DNA of 64,000 nt from Epiperipatus broadwayi (Eukaryota > Animalia > Onychophora). The position numbers were made by a program, and so were the translations under genes. The stretch spans positions 14,012,001-14,076,000 of the forward strand of contig JAQFVV010000002.1 of assembly GCA_028023455.1 (NCBI GenBank), given 5' to 3'. Under the pieces are notes generated by a model. It was not told where the DNA came from. It ran no database searches and saw only the letters and a list, made by a program, of their open reading frames with translations. Positions within the stretch are counted from its first letter, which is position 1. The number at the start of each line of letters is the position of its first letter. Shown here piece by piece: positions 52,942 to 64,000 of the stretch.

Positions 52942-53157
52942 GAGCATGAGTCTGAAGGTGGAAGAACACCATTGATGAAAGCAGCAAGGGCTGGGCATAT
53001 GTGTACTGTGCAATTTTTAATAAGCAGAGGAGCTGATGTCAATCGTCAGACATCCACTAATGATCATACAGTATTATCATTAGCTTGTGCTGGAGGTCAT
53101 TCTTCAGTAGTGGAATTATTACTTGCTCATGGAGCTGATCCTAGTCATAAACTTAAG
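52942..53157 (+). CDS. ANKHD1: ANKHD1/mask exon D, EHESEGGRTPLMKAARAGH...GADPSHKLK
   Basis: Acceptor AG at 52940-52941; donor gtatct at 53158; 216 nt, phase 0/0; EHESEGGRTPLMKAARAGH is a Mask/ANKHD1 signature. Confidence 0.97.
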
Positions 53158-56100
53158 GTATCTTTTTTGTTTGTTTGTTTTATATAATATGCTAACAAAG
53201 TAATTTAAATTTTATTACATCGTTTACATGGATTATTTTTATAACTTAGACAAAATATATTTTCTTAAAAAAATTTGCACTTAACCAAGTAGACAAACTT
53301 TACTTGGAATAAGTTATGATGTTTTATTCTTTAGGCCATTAATTTAAGGATGTTCTGTGTTTGCATAGTTAATTGCATGCAAAATATTCAAACAATATTC
53401 ATATTCATGCTATGCACTGCACATATGTCCTTGTTAATTTCTAATTGCAGACATTAATGTTAGTACAGTTATATACATGATCATTAGAAATCCCTATACA
53501 CACTACTATTCATATATTATAAACTGTTGGTAATTTTTTATTGAGAGCTGATATGGCAAGGTATTCAGAAAAAAATATTTAAAGATAAATACTAATTATT
53601 ACTTTTACAACTTTGGATTTAATTTTTGTTTTATACTGAATTTGTAATTATAATTTATGTACACGCTGTTTGTTATGCATTAAAATTTATAAATAATAAA
53701 TTTTTAAAAAGCATGATATATAATTCATATCAATTTTTTTTAAACTATTTTCACTTCATAAACTTTTATCCAAATTTTTATTTATATAATTCCAATGAGT
53801 TTTATTTGAGAATTAGGCAAGTTAGGATAACTTATTTTTTGGCAAATCTAAAAATTTAATGCTAATATTAGGCGGTAATTATTTCAACTAATCATTAGTC
53901 ACAGAAGCTGTTGGATGTTTAATGAAGAGGCATATAAAATTTTTTGAGATTCAGATTTGTATATATTGTAATTTTTTATTTAAAAATATTTTTTAATTTA
54001 TCAAGAAAGTTGGTGTCCTGTAGTTTTAGGATTATAGGAGGGGAAAATGGCAAAATGAGCTTATTTATTGAACTACTTGCTACTATAAGGAATAATATCA
54101 GGTGATTTTATTGGAGATCCATTGCATAGTTTATTACATATATAGTTCATGCTTATTAAATTTTGTAAAGAATCTGCTAATTTAGGTCATCGTCTAGTCT
54201 TTAATTTTGAAGTAGCTTCGTTTTTTTCTCTCATATATTTTATGATATCTAAAAATATTAACAAGGTTAGTAATATTTTGGCATGGATATACCTTTTTTT
54301 TGTTGTTGTTGTTGTTTAATAATAATAATATTACTGCTGTAGTTTCTATAATTTAATTTAACAAAAAAAAATGTATTAATTCTTACAACATTGTAAACAC
54401 AAAGCTTTTACACCTTTCTAAAGTTTTCCATTATTAAATTGCTGTTTGTTTGGTTTTTTATATTGACATTGTCTATTTATTTTATTATTAGAATGTAATT
54501 TTGAAAATATAACCTAAATATTATAAAAATTCCCTAGTTGAAAAAAAAGGTAATAATGTATGAAAGATAAAAGTTTAAGTTGATAATTACTTTTAATAGC
54601 TGTTGTTTGAAATGTTAACAGTAGCAATAAATTTTTTTAAAAATTATCTAAAACGTTTTTTGAAAGATATAATGTTGAATCAGAAGATCAATAAAAGCTG
54701 ATTTGATATTCATAATATATAGTACATTAATAGTTTAAAAGTTATAATGCTAGAAAAAATATTCTATTATACTTGCACATATATTAGCTGTTAATAATTA
54801 TTTATCACCCTGAAATTAAATTGGAAGTTATTTTGTATGTTTTTTATTATCATTATTGGTGCTGGTATGTTTTTTTGTTTTTTTTTTTTACAAGAACTTC
54901 TTCACTTAGTTTTAAAAGCCATAAATAGTAAGACTATGTGTAATTAATCTTTAGTTATAATCTATCATTACAAATTTTGATTATTTTTGAAAATAAGAAG
55001 TAAACTTTATTAAAAAAAAAAACCCCCCCAATGCATTTCCTGTTTTTTATATATGCAATACCCACAATTTTATATACATTCAACTTCATATTACTGCAGA
55101 ATGATGCTAGTATTGTAGAATCTATAGTTTTTATATTAATTTCAGTGGTATTTTTTTTGTGACAAATTTATTTATCTCTATGCAGTGACTTAAGTGTTTT
55201 AACAAATGTCAATGGATTTTCAAATAAAAAGTTATGCTTAATATTAAACAATAATAAAATTTGTATAATATGTAGAAATGCAATAATTATTAAAAAATAT
55301 CTGAATTATAATTTTTTTTTTTTTTTTAATTTCAAAAATTGATATTCTTTTTTTGTAGTTTAGAAATTATATTGAAATTTAAGTTAATTTATAATAAACA
55401 GGCCACTGTCTATTTGTATTAGCTTGAAATACATAAATGTATACTTGCTTAAAAATTTTTGACATATATTTGAATAGTAACTTATGGTGTAGGTTTAAAG
55501 AAAAGCCTTAAATAACTATAAATTATTTTAAACTAGAGATGAAAGTATAGGGTCTTGTAATTTTACTTCTTTGCCCTACTACTTAAATGGCGAAGAGAAA
55601 AATAACTTTATTAACATATTGTTCAAACTTGGCAGTACCAAAAAAAAAAAGACAAAAGTTGATAACTTAAAATTGTTAATTACAAGATGTTTGTAATTTT
55701 AAATACTAATAAAAATTTTGATTCAATAATCATCTTTTTTATTTGAAAATTAATAAAGCATATAAAATTTTTTTGATACAATAATACTTAATAAATATAA
55801 TCATTCAAAGAATTTAATACTTAAAAATAAAAGTTTATGATTTTTTTCAGTGTATGCACAAATCAAATTGCTGCCTACATATAAACTAAGAAGTGCATTT
55901 AAGTATTGAGATTTTTAAAAAAATTCAGTCACCTAATTATTCAAAAAAAAAAAAAAAATCAAATATTTTTGTGACTCCTTAATAATCTCTATGTAACTCT
56001 TAGCGCTAAGACAACTGCAATGATTGATTGTTATTTTAAAACTGAACGTTTGGCTCTTTTTAGTTATCATAGAATATTTTATATAGTTCACTATATTGTT

Positions 56101-56609
56101 TTGTTAATTTACTTGGTTTTATACTAGAATTTTCTGTTAATTGAAATTGAAGATAATATAAAGTTGTAATATGATAGAGAAGGGTTAGATTATTATAATG
56201 TCTAAAAAATACAGCCATCATATAAAATATTGCAGAATTTGTTATATAAAACGAATTAGTCATGTGATACATAGGTATCTGATATTAAGCAGGATGGAAC
56301 TTAACTGTAGTGTGTGGAATTCTTTTTTTATCTATAGAAATAATATGATATATTGTGAAATATTCACTAGTTCCTGATAACAATATTCTGTGTTCGCAAT
56401 GAAATATAATAAATATTATTTTTACCTATTTACTAAATTTGTATAATTTAGTATTTTATATTATTATATTAGTTATATTGTTAATTTTTTTATTAGGGAA
56501 AATTTTACTGCATGATTATATGTAAACTGGTCATTCCTATGTTGTAAATCAAAACTTTATATTTATTTATGTGCAACCAAATTTATAATTATTTTTTATT
56601 ATATTGTAG

Positions 56610-56750
56610 GACAATTCTACTATGCTCATTGAAGCAGCCAAAGGTGGACATACTATAGTTGTTCAAATGTTATTAGATTATCCTAATAATTTACTTCAAT
56701 CTCCATCTGATCTTGCGCAGCTTACTCCTCCTAATCCAGATGGAGCTGAG
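56610..56750 (+). CDS. ANKHD1: ANKHD1/mask exon E, DNSTMLIEAAKGGHTIVVQMLLDYPNN...PNPDGAE
   Basis: Translated by hand. Acceptor ttgtag ends 56609; donor gtagtt at 56751; 141 nt; last repeat of the first ankyrin cluster (STMLIEAAKGGH...LLDYP). Confidence 0.95.
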
Positions 56751-56825
56751 GTAGTTAATGAATTTTTTATAGTTTATTGTTGAATTTTAGAAGAGAAAAA
56801 AAAGTTACATTGGAATTTTTTTTAG

Positions 56826-56922
56826 GCTCCTAGAGTACCCCCACATGGTTTACAAGTGGTGAATCCTCAGGAACCCATTCAGGATCCTGCAAGCATTTGT
56901 TATACTCCTAATATTCATTCAG
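56826..56922 (+). CDS. ANKHD1: ANKHD1/mask exon F, APRVPPHGLQVVNPQEPIQDPASICYTPNIHS(G)
   Basis: Follows a 75-nt intron (56751-56825) that carries an in-frame stop; acceptor ttttag, donor gtataa at 56923; the PRVP...PQEP motif matches the post-ankyrin linker of ANKHD1/ANKRD17. Confidence 0.9.
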
Positions 56923-57039
56923 GTATAATTTTTGAATAAAATCTTTTCCAGATTTTATATGCACTAAAAACATAAAAATTATTCGTTGATATGAATTAAT
57001 GATTGACAACTATTATCCTGCTCTGCAGATTCTTATCTA

Positions 57040-58620
57040 TTATTTGGATGTGGGTGTATTATAATGGCCAGGCTAAGACTTTCCCTATCTGCCATACTAG
57101 GGGCCACCAGGCTATTAGAACCTAGAAAATTTATATAGTAGGCAGACACATATGGGTAAGATTCAACTTTTATTGACTGATAGCCCTAGCCACTAGCTCA
57201 TGGAGGAGCTGAGTTTGATAACGTAAATTTCAAACTTTTTTTTAATTATATATTTCAAAGTATTATTAATAAAGATAAAATAATGTCACTGCCAAAATTA
57301 ATCAAAAACATTTTATTATTACTCACACACATTAAAAAGAAAAATTCTGGAAACTAAATTAATTTAATTTATGTCATTTGTACAGATGGATGAATTTAAG
57401 ATTTAATACAATTTCAATATTTTGTTAAACATAAATATGCTACATAGATTATGCATTTATATCCTCGATTCTTTTAACTCCAGGCTACAAGTTGGCGTCC
57501 AAACCAATGCCAGGTTATTGATATACCGATGTGATCAATGCAAAATGAAGATGTTAGCATAAAAAACCATGCTGACAGGAATGTGCATCTGTAGCATGAT
57601 ATCATTTAAGAAAGAATGACCCTCATCCAGTACAGGAATGTGCATCTGTCTGGCGAGGTAATCATTTGGAATATATATTAGACATGCTCTATATTGGGGG
57701 ATTGCGGTCTTACTATCACCAACCAGAGCGTAAGGAGATCAGTGGCATAGGGAATACATCTATGACAAGCTGGCAGTGCGATGGCTACACTCTTGGGCCA
57801 TGCATTCAGTTGGGTACTATGCCCTGTATGCTAACAGGGCACAAGGGAATGAGAATCCAATGCACCTCCCCAAATCACATTTTCATACAACACCCATACA
57901 TCTCTCCACCAGCACCAATTCAACTACGAAACAAATAGCCCAAAATTAACCCACTTAAACTAACATAATCTTACTAATCTATGCAGACATGTACACTTAT
58001 TTTTAAATTATTAATTTAAAAGAAATTACAAGAATGGAAATAATAATAATAGCAAACATATTAAAATAAAATAGAATAATTTAAATTTCTGTTTAATCAG
58101 ATAAGAAACTATGAATTAGGTAGCATTTAGATATAGTATTTGAAAAGTTATTTTTTACATGATAAAGTTCATAAATTTCCATTGCTGTAGGTTTATTTGA
58201 AGTTTCTCTTGGGGTTCACAACATGTCGAACAATTCAAATCAAAGTCCATTTAGTATCAATATTGTTTTTGGGAAGACCAGTTCATTGTTTGCTGTTTTT
58301 CAGGAACCATAGCTCTGGAGGTCACCTCAGCTGGTATAAATACAGGAAACTAATTGATTGCATGACCCTTACATTTTTCAGGTCTGCAATACATGTGAAT
58401 ATGCTTAAATTACATAATGAACAAGAGTAATATCCAAGGACAATCGTTTTGAATTCCTTATTAACTTGCAGGATCGATCTTGCCTGGCTTCATGCTGATC
58501 TTATTGGTGATAATGATGTTCTCTGTATTCGTTCGCATCATTTATTGGACAGTTTACTTTTGAGTGGGAACATAAGATTTTATTACTAGGAATTTTTAAA
58601 TTGATCTTTTATCTGACTGA
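57040..58620 (+). mobile_element. GC-richer relic, probably a non-LTR element including an APE fragment
   Basis: Frame 58197-58589 has one stop and reads LIDC..LHNEQE*Y..TCRIDLAWLHADL..RSHH, similar to APE RID/SDH motifs; the upstream part is unclassified. Confidence 0.35.
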
Positions 58621-58824
58621 TCAGTTAAACCCTCAATGGCCTGTTTGCTATTATGTCATTAATTTCAATAGAAAATCATTTCCATTCTAAGGTTTAAAAT
58701 AATTTCTAAATAGAAAATAATATTAACAGCTTTTATTTTCTTTTACATTACTTTAAAAAAAAAACAACTTTTATGTTTAGATTTTTCCTTACTTTAATAA
58801 TTTTCCATCTGTGCAATTTTATAT

Positions 58825-60916
58825 TGTAACGAGACAGCGTTACATCAATATTAAATCTAGGATACATCGATAAACACACACACACCAGCAAGCAACATAA
58901 AACACTCGTAACTTTATTTTCGTAATTAGTAATAGTTTTCTTTCTCTCATAAATACATTTATAAAACACAGTGATAAAATGCAGACGGTAAAACGTCTAA
59001 TTAAATGATTAAAGCCTTTAGATAATAAAAATAATAACAAAATATAATTTGCTCTACTAAATAATAAAATATAATATGCACTCCTAAAATAATAAAAATA
59101 ATTATCAATCAAAATCACCACGGGGAATTAAAAAATGTTTATTTTAGAAATATAATTTTAACTAGAATAAAACTAATAGAAAAGATTTGAGGAAAAGATA
59201 AATGCTCGACTTCTAAATTTAAAATAACTTGTATTGTTCTAGTAAAACACACGCACACACGCATGCATTCGAGGTGTGAAGGAATCAGGTTGGTTGAGTG
59301 AGATTGCAAAATGAGATTGTCTCAAAATAAATATTGCCTTTAGCACAAAGAGTGAGTGAGCAGGTACCTCAAACGCGGACCTGAACGACAACTCCAAGAA
59401 CAGGGAACTATGGGGGTAGATTGGATCCCAAGATATGGATCAACCCTTATAAATACTAGTCAAACCTATTCAATGGTTAAATTGGTTGGATTCAGTTCGA
59501 TTCGATTCATTTCGATTGATACATTCTCATTATTGTGTTTTTTTTTATTTTCCAATTCTCAGTACGCTGAATTACCACCTGCTCATTTATTCCGATGCTT
59601 ATGCTTTTATTTAAAATTAGAATTGTTCTGAATTAGCTTGGTTATTCCTCAATATTTAAAATGATCATCATGAAATTAATACCAAGAGCGTCGACTGTCA
59701 TGAGGGGCTAATAAACCCTTCAGTGACTGATCGGCGCTCCGCTACTGAAATATCTCCGAAGCTATGAAATTCTGATAACATCGTCGTGTTAAGTGAATGC
59801 TCCTAATAAAAGAAATGTTCCGTGAAACACCCAAACTCGTCCAGACCAATCGACCTTCGTTGCAACCAAGACAAATCCTAGGTAAATATGTTTTATATTA
59901 TGTTCACTCACTCAATTAATAAACTCGTAAGGCAATCTCGTAATTAACCAACATAAATTTACTCAAATAAATCTTAAGACTTTCCTCGTCATAATAATTT
60001 ATCTTTGTTACTGAACTTTGTAAACATGAACTTTGAACTTAAGTGAATCTAAGGAAAGATTATATATTTATCAAATAGAAAGGAACTTTCTCGTTATTCA
60101 AATTGTGTTATGAATACTTATGGTTCTCTGTGGGCGTGAATGTATGTGCGCGTGTGTAATAAATCAATTAATAATGTTTTGTAATAAATCAATTAATGAT
60201 GTTTTCTTTTCATATTTAATAAACTTGTTCAATATCTAATCAAGTCGAGCATATCTCAAATCTTTTCACACACAATCGAAACCGTAGTTTATTTATGCTT
60301 TGATAACTTATCTTTGAAGTAGATTTAGTTAATTTTAATTTCCGTTTCAATTTAGTTATTTTATTAATTATGTCACCATCGTGCCGTAAGTCACGATGTT
60401 TCTTATTTCACCTTAGTTAAGATAGATTTAAGAGCGGGCGGGTCTATAATCAATCAATGGAAACATCAGTGAATTATGTTATATACAATAAAGCGGGGGG
60501 ATGAACTTGTAAGCCTTATGTTCGGGGCGTAAGCGAACAACCTCATAGGTCAGTGACAACCAATAAACGATCCTTATGCCGTGATCGACTTATATGAAAA
60601 TCATGCTGAATTTCATTAGCGGACAATGCGTCTTCTCCGGGAGGAGTCATTCTAGAAACCATCATGTAACAACCTTGAGACACCTTATTGGTCCATGCTG
60701 GGAGTGTTGAGCTAGTGGGTGGGATTAGACTTCGAAATCGTTTTGACATGATGTAAGGTGATGCGAGTAGTTAAAATCAACTTAAATAATCGTATCTGGC
60801 GCCCCCTTATGTGGATCGTGAACAACTGTCGATGTAAGAAAATAAATAAAGCCTTACGCTATGTCATGTTTGTTTCGAAGCCCGTAATCTCGGGTTGGTG
60901 AGGGGTGACGGTTACA
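58825..60916 (+). mobile_element. 2,092-bp solo LTR (Gypsy, possibly Osvaldo/Ulysses-like)
   Basis: TGTAAC...GTTACA termini; 4-bp TSD ATAT (58821-58824, 60917-60920); TATAAATA at 59448-59455; AATAAA at 59805-59810; CpG-rich, no ORF. Confidence 0.85.
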
Positions 60917-60956
60917 ATATATTGGTTTAAATAAAACTATTAACTTTTATATTTAA

Positions 60957-61156
60957 AACAGGCAAACTCTCCATACAGTAGTGCCACTCAGTGTAAGCCA
61001 AGGCTCCTCACTGATGAAAGCCACAAGCTATAAACTAGTCTGGGAGTGTTGGATGAGTAGATACTAGATAGTGAATTTATGCACAAGCCTTCTGGCATTC
61101 ATTGATTACTCTAGCTTGCACTGAATGGCACTACTATATGGAGAGGTTTGCCTGTT
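60957..61156. mobile_element. 200-bp inverted-repeat element (MITE-like, TTAA-flanked, Kolobok-like RR termini possible)
   Basis: ~40-bp imperfect TIRs aacaggcaaac(c)tctccata(c/t)agtagtgcca(c/t)tcagtg; TTAA at 60953-60956 and 61157-61160. Confidence 0.8.
61003..61047 (+). ncRNA. Degenerate minimal type I hammerhead ribozyme-like motif
   Basis: gctcctca-CTGATGA-a-agc(cacaa)gct-a-tAAAC-TA-GTC-tgggagt; the G12 position and the stem II closing pair deviate from consensus. Confidence 0.4.
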
Positions 61157-62504
61157 TTAATAAGAGTTATGAGCAAGCATAAGAAATGGTAATCATGTGA
61201 TGTTTAGTGGTTTAACTTTTATATTTATTTTTCGATCTTTTTTTATTATTATTTGAAAGCGATGTAACTGCATAAATGTATACCGTTACAGTACATATAA
61301 AATGTATTACATAGATGTACTGCTTAAATGTCATTTTTTCAGCAATCATTTATTCTCAACTATTGTCATATAAAAAAAAATACAAATTTGTATTGTGTCA
61401 TTTGGGAGAACTATATGAAATTAAAGAAACCAACTTGTTCTTTCACACTATTTTTCAAGAATCTTTAGCACATTTTTTCTCTCAATTGTCTTCGGCCATG
61501 TGCCTGATTCATAGCATGAGTTGTTAATTAAATATATGTATTAGATAACATATATATTCAACATATATTATTTTGGATTAATTTTTTTTTTTTAGTTACA
61601 AATGCAAGGAAAATAATAGCATTAAGTTTTTTTTTTTTGATAAATTGGATCATAATTTAAAGTTATAAAACAAATGACTAGAGTTTTTATGGAGCAATTG
61701 ATGCATTAAATTATTATACCACAATATAATTTTTGTCCATTCGATAAAACATCTAAAATATTGATAGTTCAATAACTAAATAATATGTAAGCTGAAAAAA
61801 TAATTGTTGTTCATATGTTATTTAATCTGGAAAATTAATTCAGAATAAAGCAATGAACAAATGACGATGATGTTCAAAAATGCTGTTAATAATATAAATT
61901 ATTATTTTCCAAATTTCAATAATACTCATTATTAATTCTAAACTTATGGTAATCATTATTTTTTAAAATATCATAATAATTAGAGTTAATTTTGTAATAG
62001 ATATTTAAATGCAAATACTGTTCAGATACTGTATATAGATTTTTTTTATAACCAGTAAGCACACATATAAATATATAAAGTTCAGAAATGTCTCATTTAA
62101 TGTGGAATATTGATTTTTTTTTTTTTTGCTTGATGGCAACTCATATCTGTAATTTGATGATACTTGGCATTCCCTGCCACTGAATTATTTTGTCTGATAA
62201 TGTTGTATATTGAACCATAATTTATTTTTGGTTGGCATAATTGTAAATATATATCTGTATAAAAGTATACAGCTATATATTATATTTCAAGATCCAATTG
62301 ATATTATAATTTTTGGGGCTTGAAATTTATATTGTATTAGTATGTGCATGTTTGGGAACAACCCCATTCATTATTTAATTTACAAAATGAATAATGACAT
62401 CTATAAACAACTAGAACACATTGAGAGATTAGAAAATTTGTATCTATGTTTATTTTTAAGTTAATATCGTTTACTTTCTTTATTATTTTTACAATGCTTC
62501 ATGT

Positions 62505-62565
62505 AATTACAACTCAGTATTGATGGTTTCGATTGTGCCAACAATCTTCTTCAGAACTATAACAA
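62505..62565 (-). ncRNA. PLE-type hammerhead remnant
   Basis: Minus strand CTGAAGAA-GATTG(ttggca)CAATC-GAAAC: intact 5-bp stem II and GAAA; stems I and III decayed. Confidence 0.45.
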
Positions 62566-63094
62566 TCACAATACAAATACACGAATACATTTTATATATA
62601 TATTCTATTTATAATCATTATTTATTTACCCATGTATTACTTTATACACCTATATAATTATTACCTTTTTATATATAATACATTTTAATCTTTTTTATAT
62701 TTATCAATCAATACTTCCTATAATCATATATATATATTATCTTTATTTCATTTATTTTTTATTTTATTCTTATTAATTTTTTTTTTAAATATTTAACTAA
62801 CATTTTATATTCATATATTTATATTTTACATTATTATTATTATTATTCATTATATTAACATTCAGTACTTATAATTTTTTTTAATTTATAATATTTCTTT
62901 TTACCTTACTAAATATTTTAACTTATTATTTTTTTTTAACATATTTTATACCTACCTCCTACTTGTATTGTCAAATCTTAACTGTTAGCTATTTAAACTT
63001 TTAAATTTTACAATTATACTTACCTAGCTAGCTCTTTCTATTTTTATATAATTAAATCTATTCTTAATTTTAGTTATTACTAATATTATCATGT

Positions 63095-63680
63095 GATGTG
63101 ATACACTGTGACTTCTCCTTATACGGAGTCAGGAATCTCTCAGTAACTATGCTTGGAGAAACTTGTTAGCCACTTCAACTTCCCTTTCCATTCCCCACCC
63201 TAACTTTTTCCATATTCTTCTCTATCCTGCTTCTTCCTATTTCCACAACATAATCTTTGTCAACTTCATAGCTTTTATATCTAAATCCACCTATTTTTTC
63301 CCAAACCCAACATAAAAACCTATAACTCACTTTCTGTATAATCACTTTGTTTATATTTATTTTTCCATAACTTTATTATTTGTACCTTTCCTGCTTTCAG
63401 GCATTTACATTGAATTCACAGATGCCTAATATTTTATATGCTTTTCTTATACAACTTGCGGACTAAATCATCCACATTTTTTCATGTATGTGTATATTTC
63501 TTTGTTGCTAAAGATCCTGTTCGAGTCTTAAACAGTAAACTACTTTCCTTGCTATTATCAAAAATTAACACACCCAATATTCTGTTTATTTCTATATATA
63601 TTTAAACTCTTTTTACTCTTCATACTATTTCTCCATCTCTCCAACTCCCTATTTATTAATGCATCATTTTTACTTTATAT
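63095..63680 (-). mobile_element. LINE APE relic
   Basis: Minus-strand KILGICEFNVNA, similar to the GDFNA motif; otherwise degenerate. Confidence 0.4.
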
Positions 63681-63698
63681 CTAACGGCTCCTTTCTAT

Positions 63699-64000
63699 TT
63701 TTTATATAATTAAATCTATTCTTATTTTAAATACCTACTAACATTATTTTTTTATGTCAAAATTTTTTTCAGGCCCAAATCTTTTTTTAATACTGGCTTA
63801 ATATTATTAATATAAATAGTTTCTTTTATTTACAAATAATAAAATGTATAGAAAAATAAAAGAAGCTATTTACAATAATAATATTAAGCCAGTATTAAAT
63901 AGAGATTTGGGCCTGAAAAAAAATTTGGCATAAATAATAATAATAATAATAATAATATTAGTAGTGATTAAAAATCAGAATAGATTTAATTATATAAAAA
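63699..64000. repeat. Fold-back element with ~135-145-bp arms, running to the window end
   Basis: Arms 63699-63831 and 63854-64000 (caggcccaaatc/gatttgggcctg; atactggcttaatattatt/aataatattaagccagtat); a partial terminus copy at 63032-63090. Confidence 0.85.

Noticed and set aside
53335-53445. Imperfect inverted repeats here and at 43441-43515
   Set aside because: Short, mismatched and AT-rich; compatible with chance or a very old MITE.
6260-55030. Scattered G or C homopolymers (near 6260, 6390, 7058, 27020, 47220, 55023)
   Set aside because: Isolated mononucleotide runs with no shared flanks or spacing pattern.

Overview
This is a very AT-rich, CpG-depleted animal genomic window, most likely from an arthropod; it is not prokaryotic. 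The only host gene is a + strand ANKHD1/ANKRD17 (Drosophila mask) orthologue. Six coding exons (1602-1791, 42237-42428, 44229-44338, 52942-53157, 56610-56750, 56826-56922) splice in frame through canonical GT-AG sites. They encode the later part of the first ankyrin cluster and the PRVP...PQEP linker; the gene begins and ends outside the window. A 40,445-bp intron (1792-42236) is packed with nested transposons: Penelope-like, RTE and L1/Tx1-like LINEs, a hAT MITE, a tRNA-sized retroposon, a 2.2-kb solo LTR and a compact 2.67-kb Gypsy element. A second 2.1-kb solo LTR lies after the last exon. Most notable: (1) the Gypsy element repairs into one ~619-aa Gag-protease-integrase-remnant ORF from which RT, RNase H and the integrase core are missing in frame; (2) degenerate hammerhead-ribozyme cores, one inside a 200-bp inverted-repeat element; (3) a terminal hairpin shared by two otherwise dissimilar solo LTRs; (4) several long near-perfect hairpins in the pre-mRNA. 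All calls come from reading motifs by eye; no database searches or folding programs were run. Boundaries of old relics are approximate.
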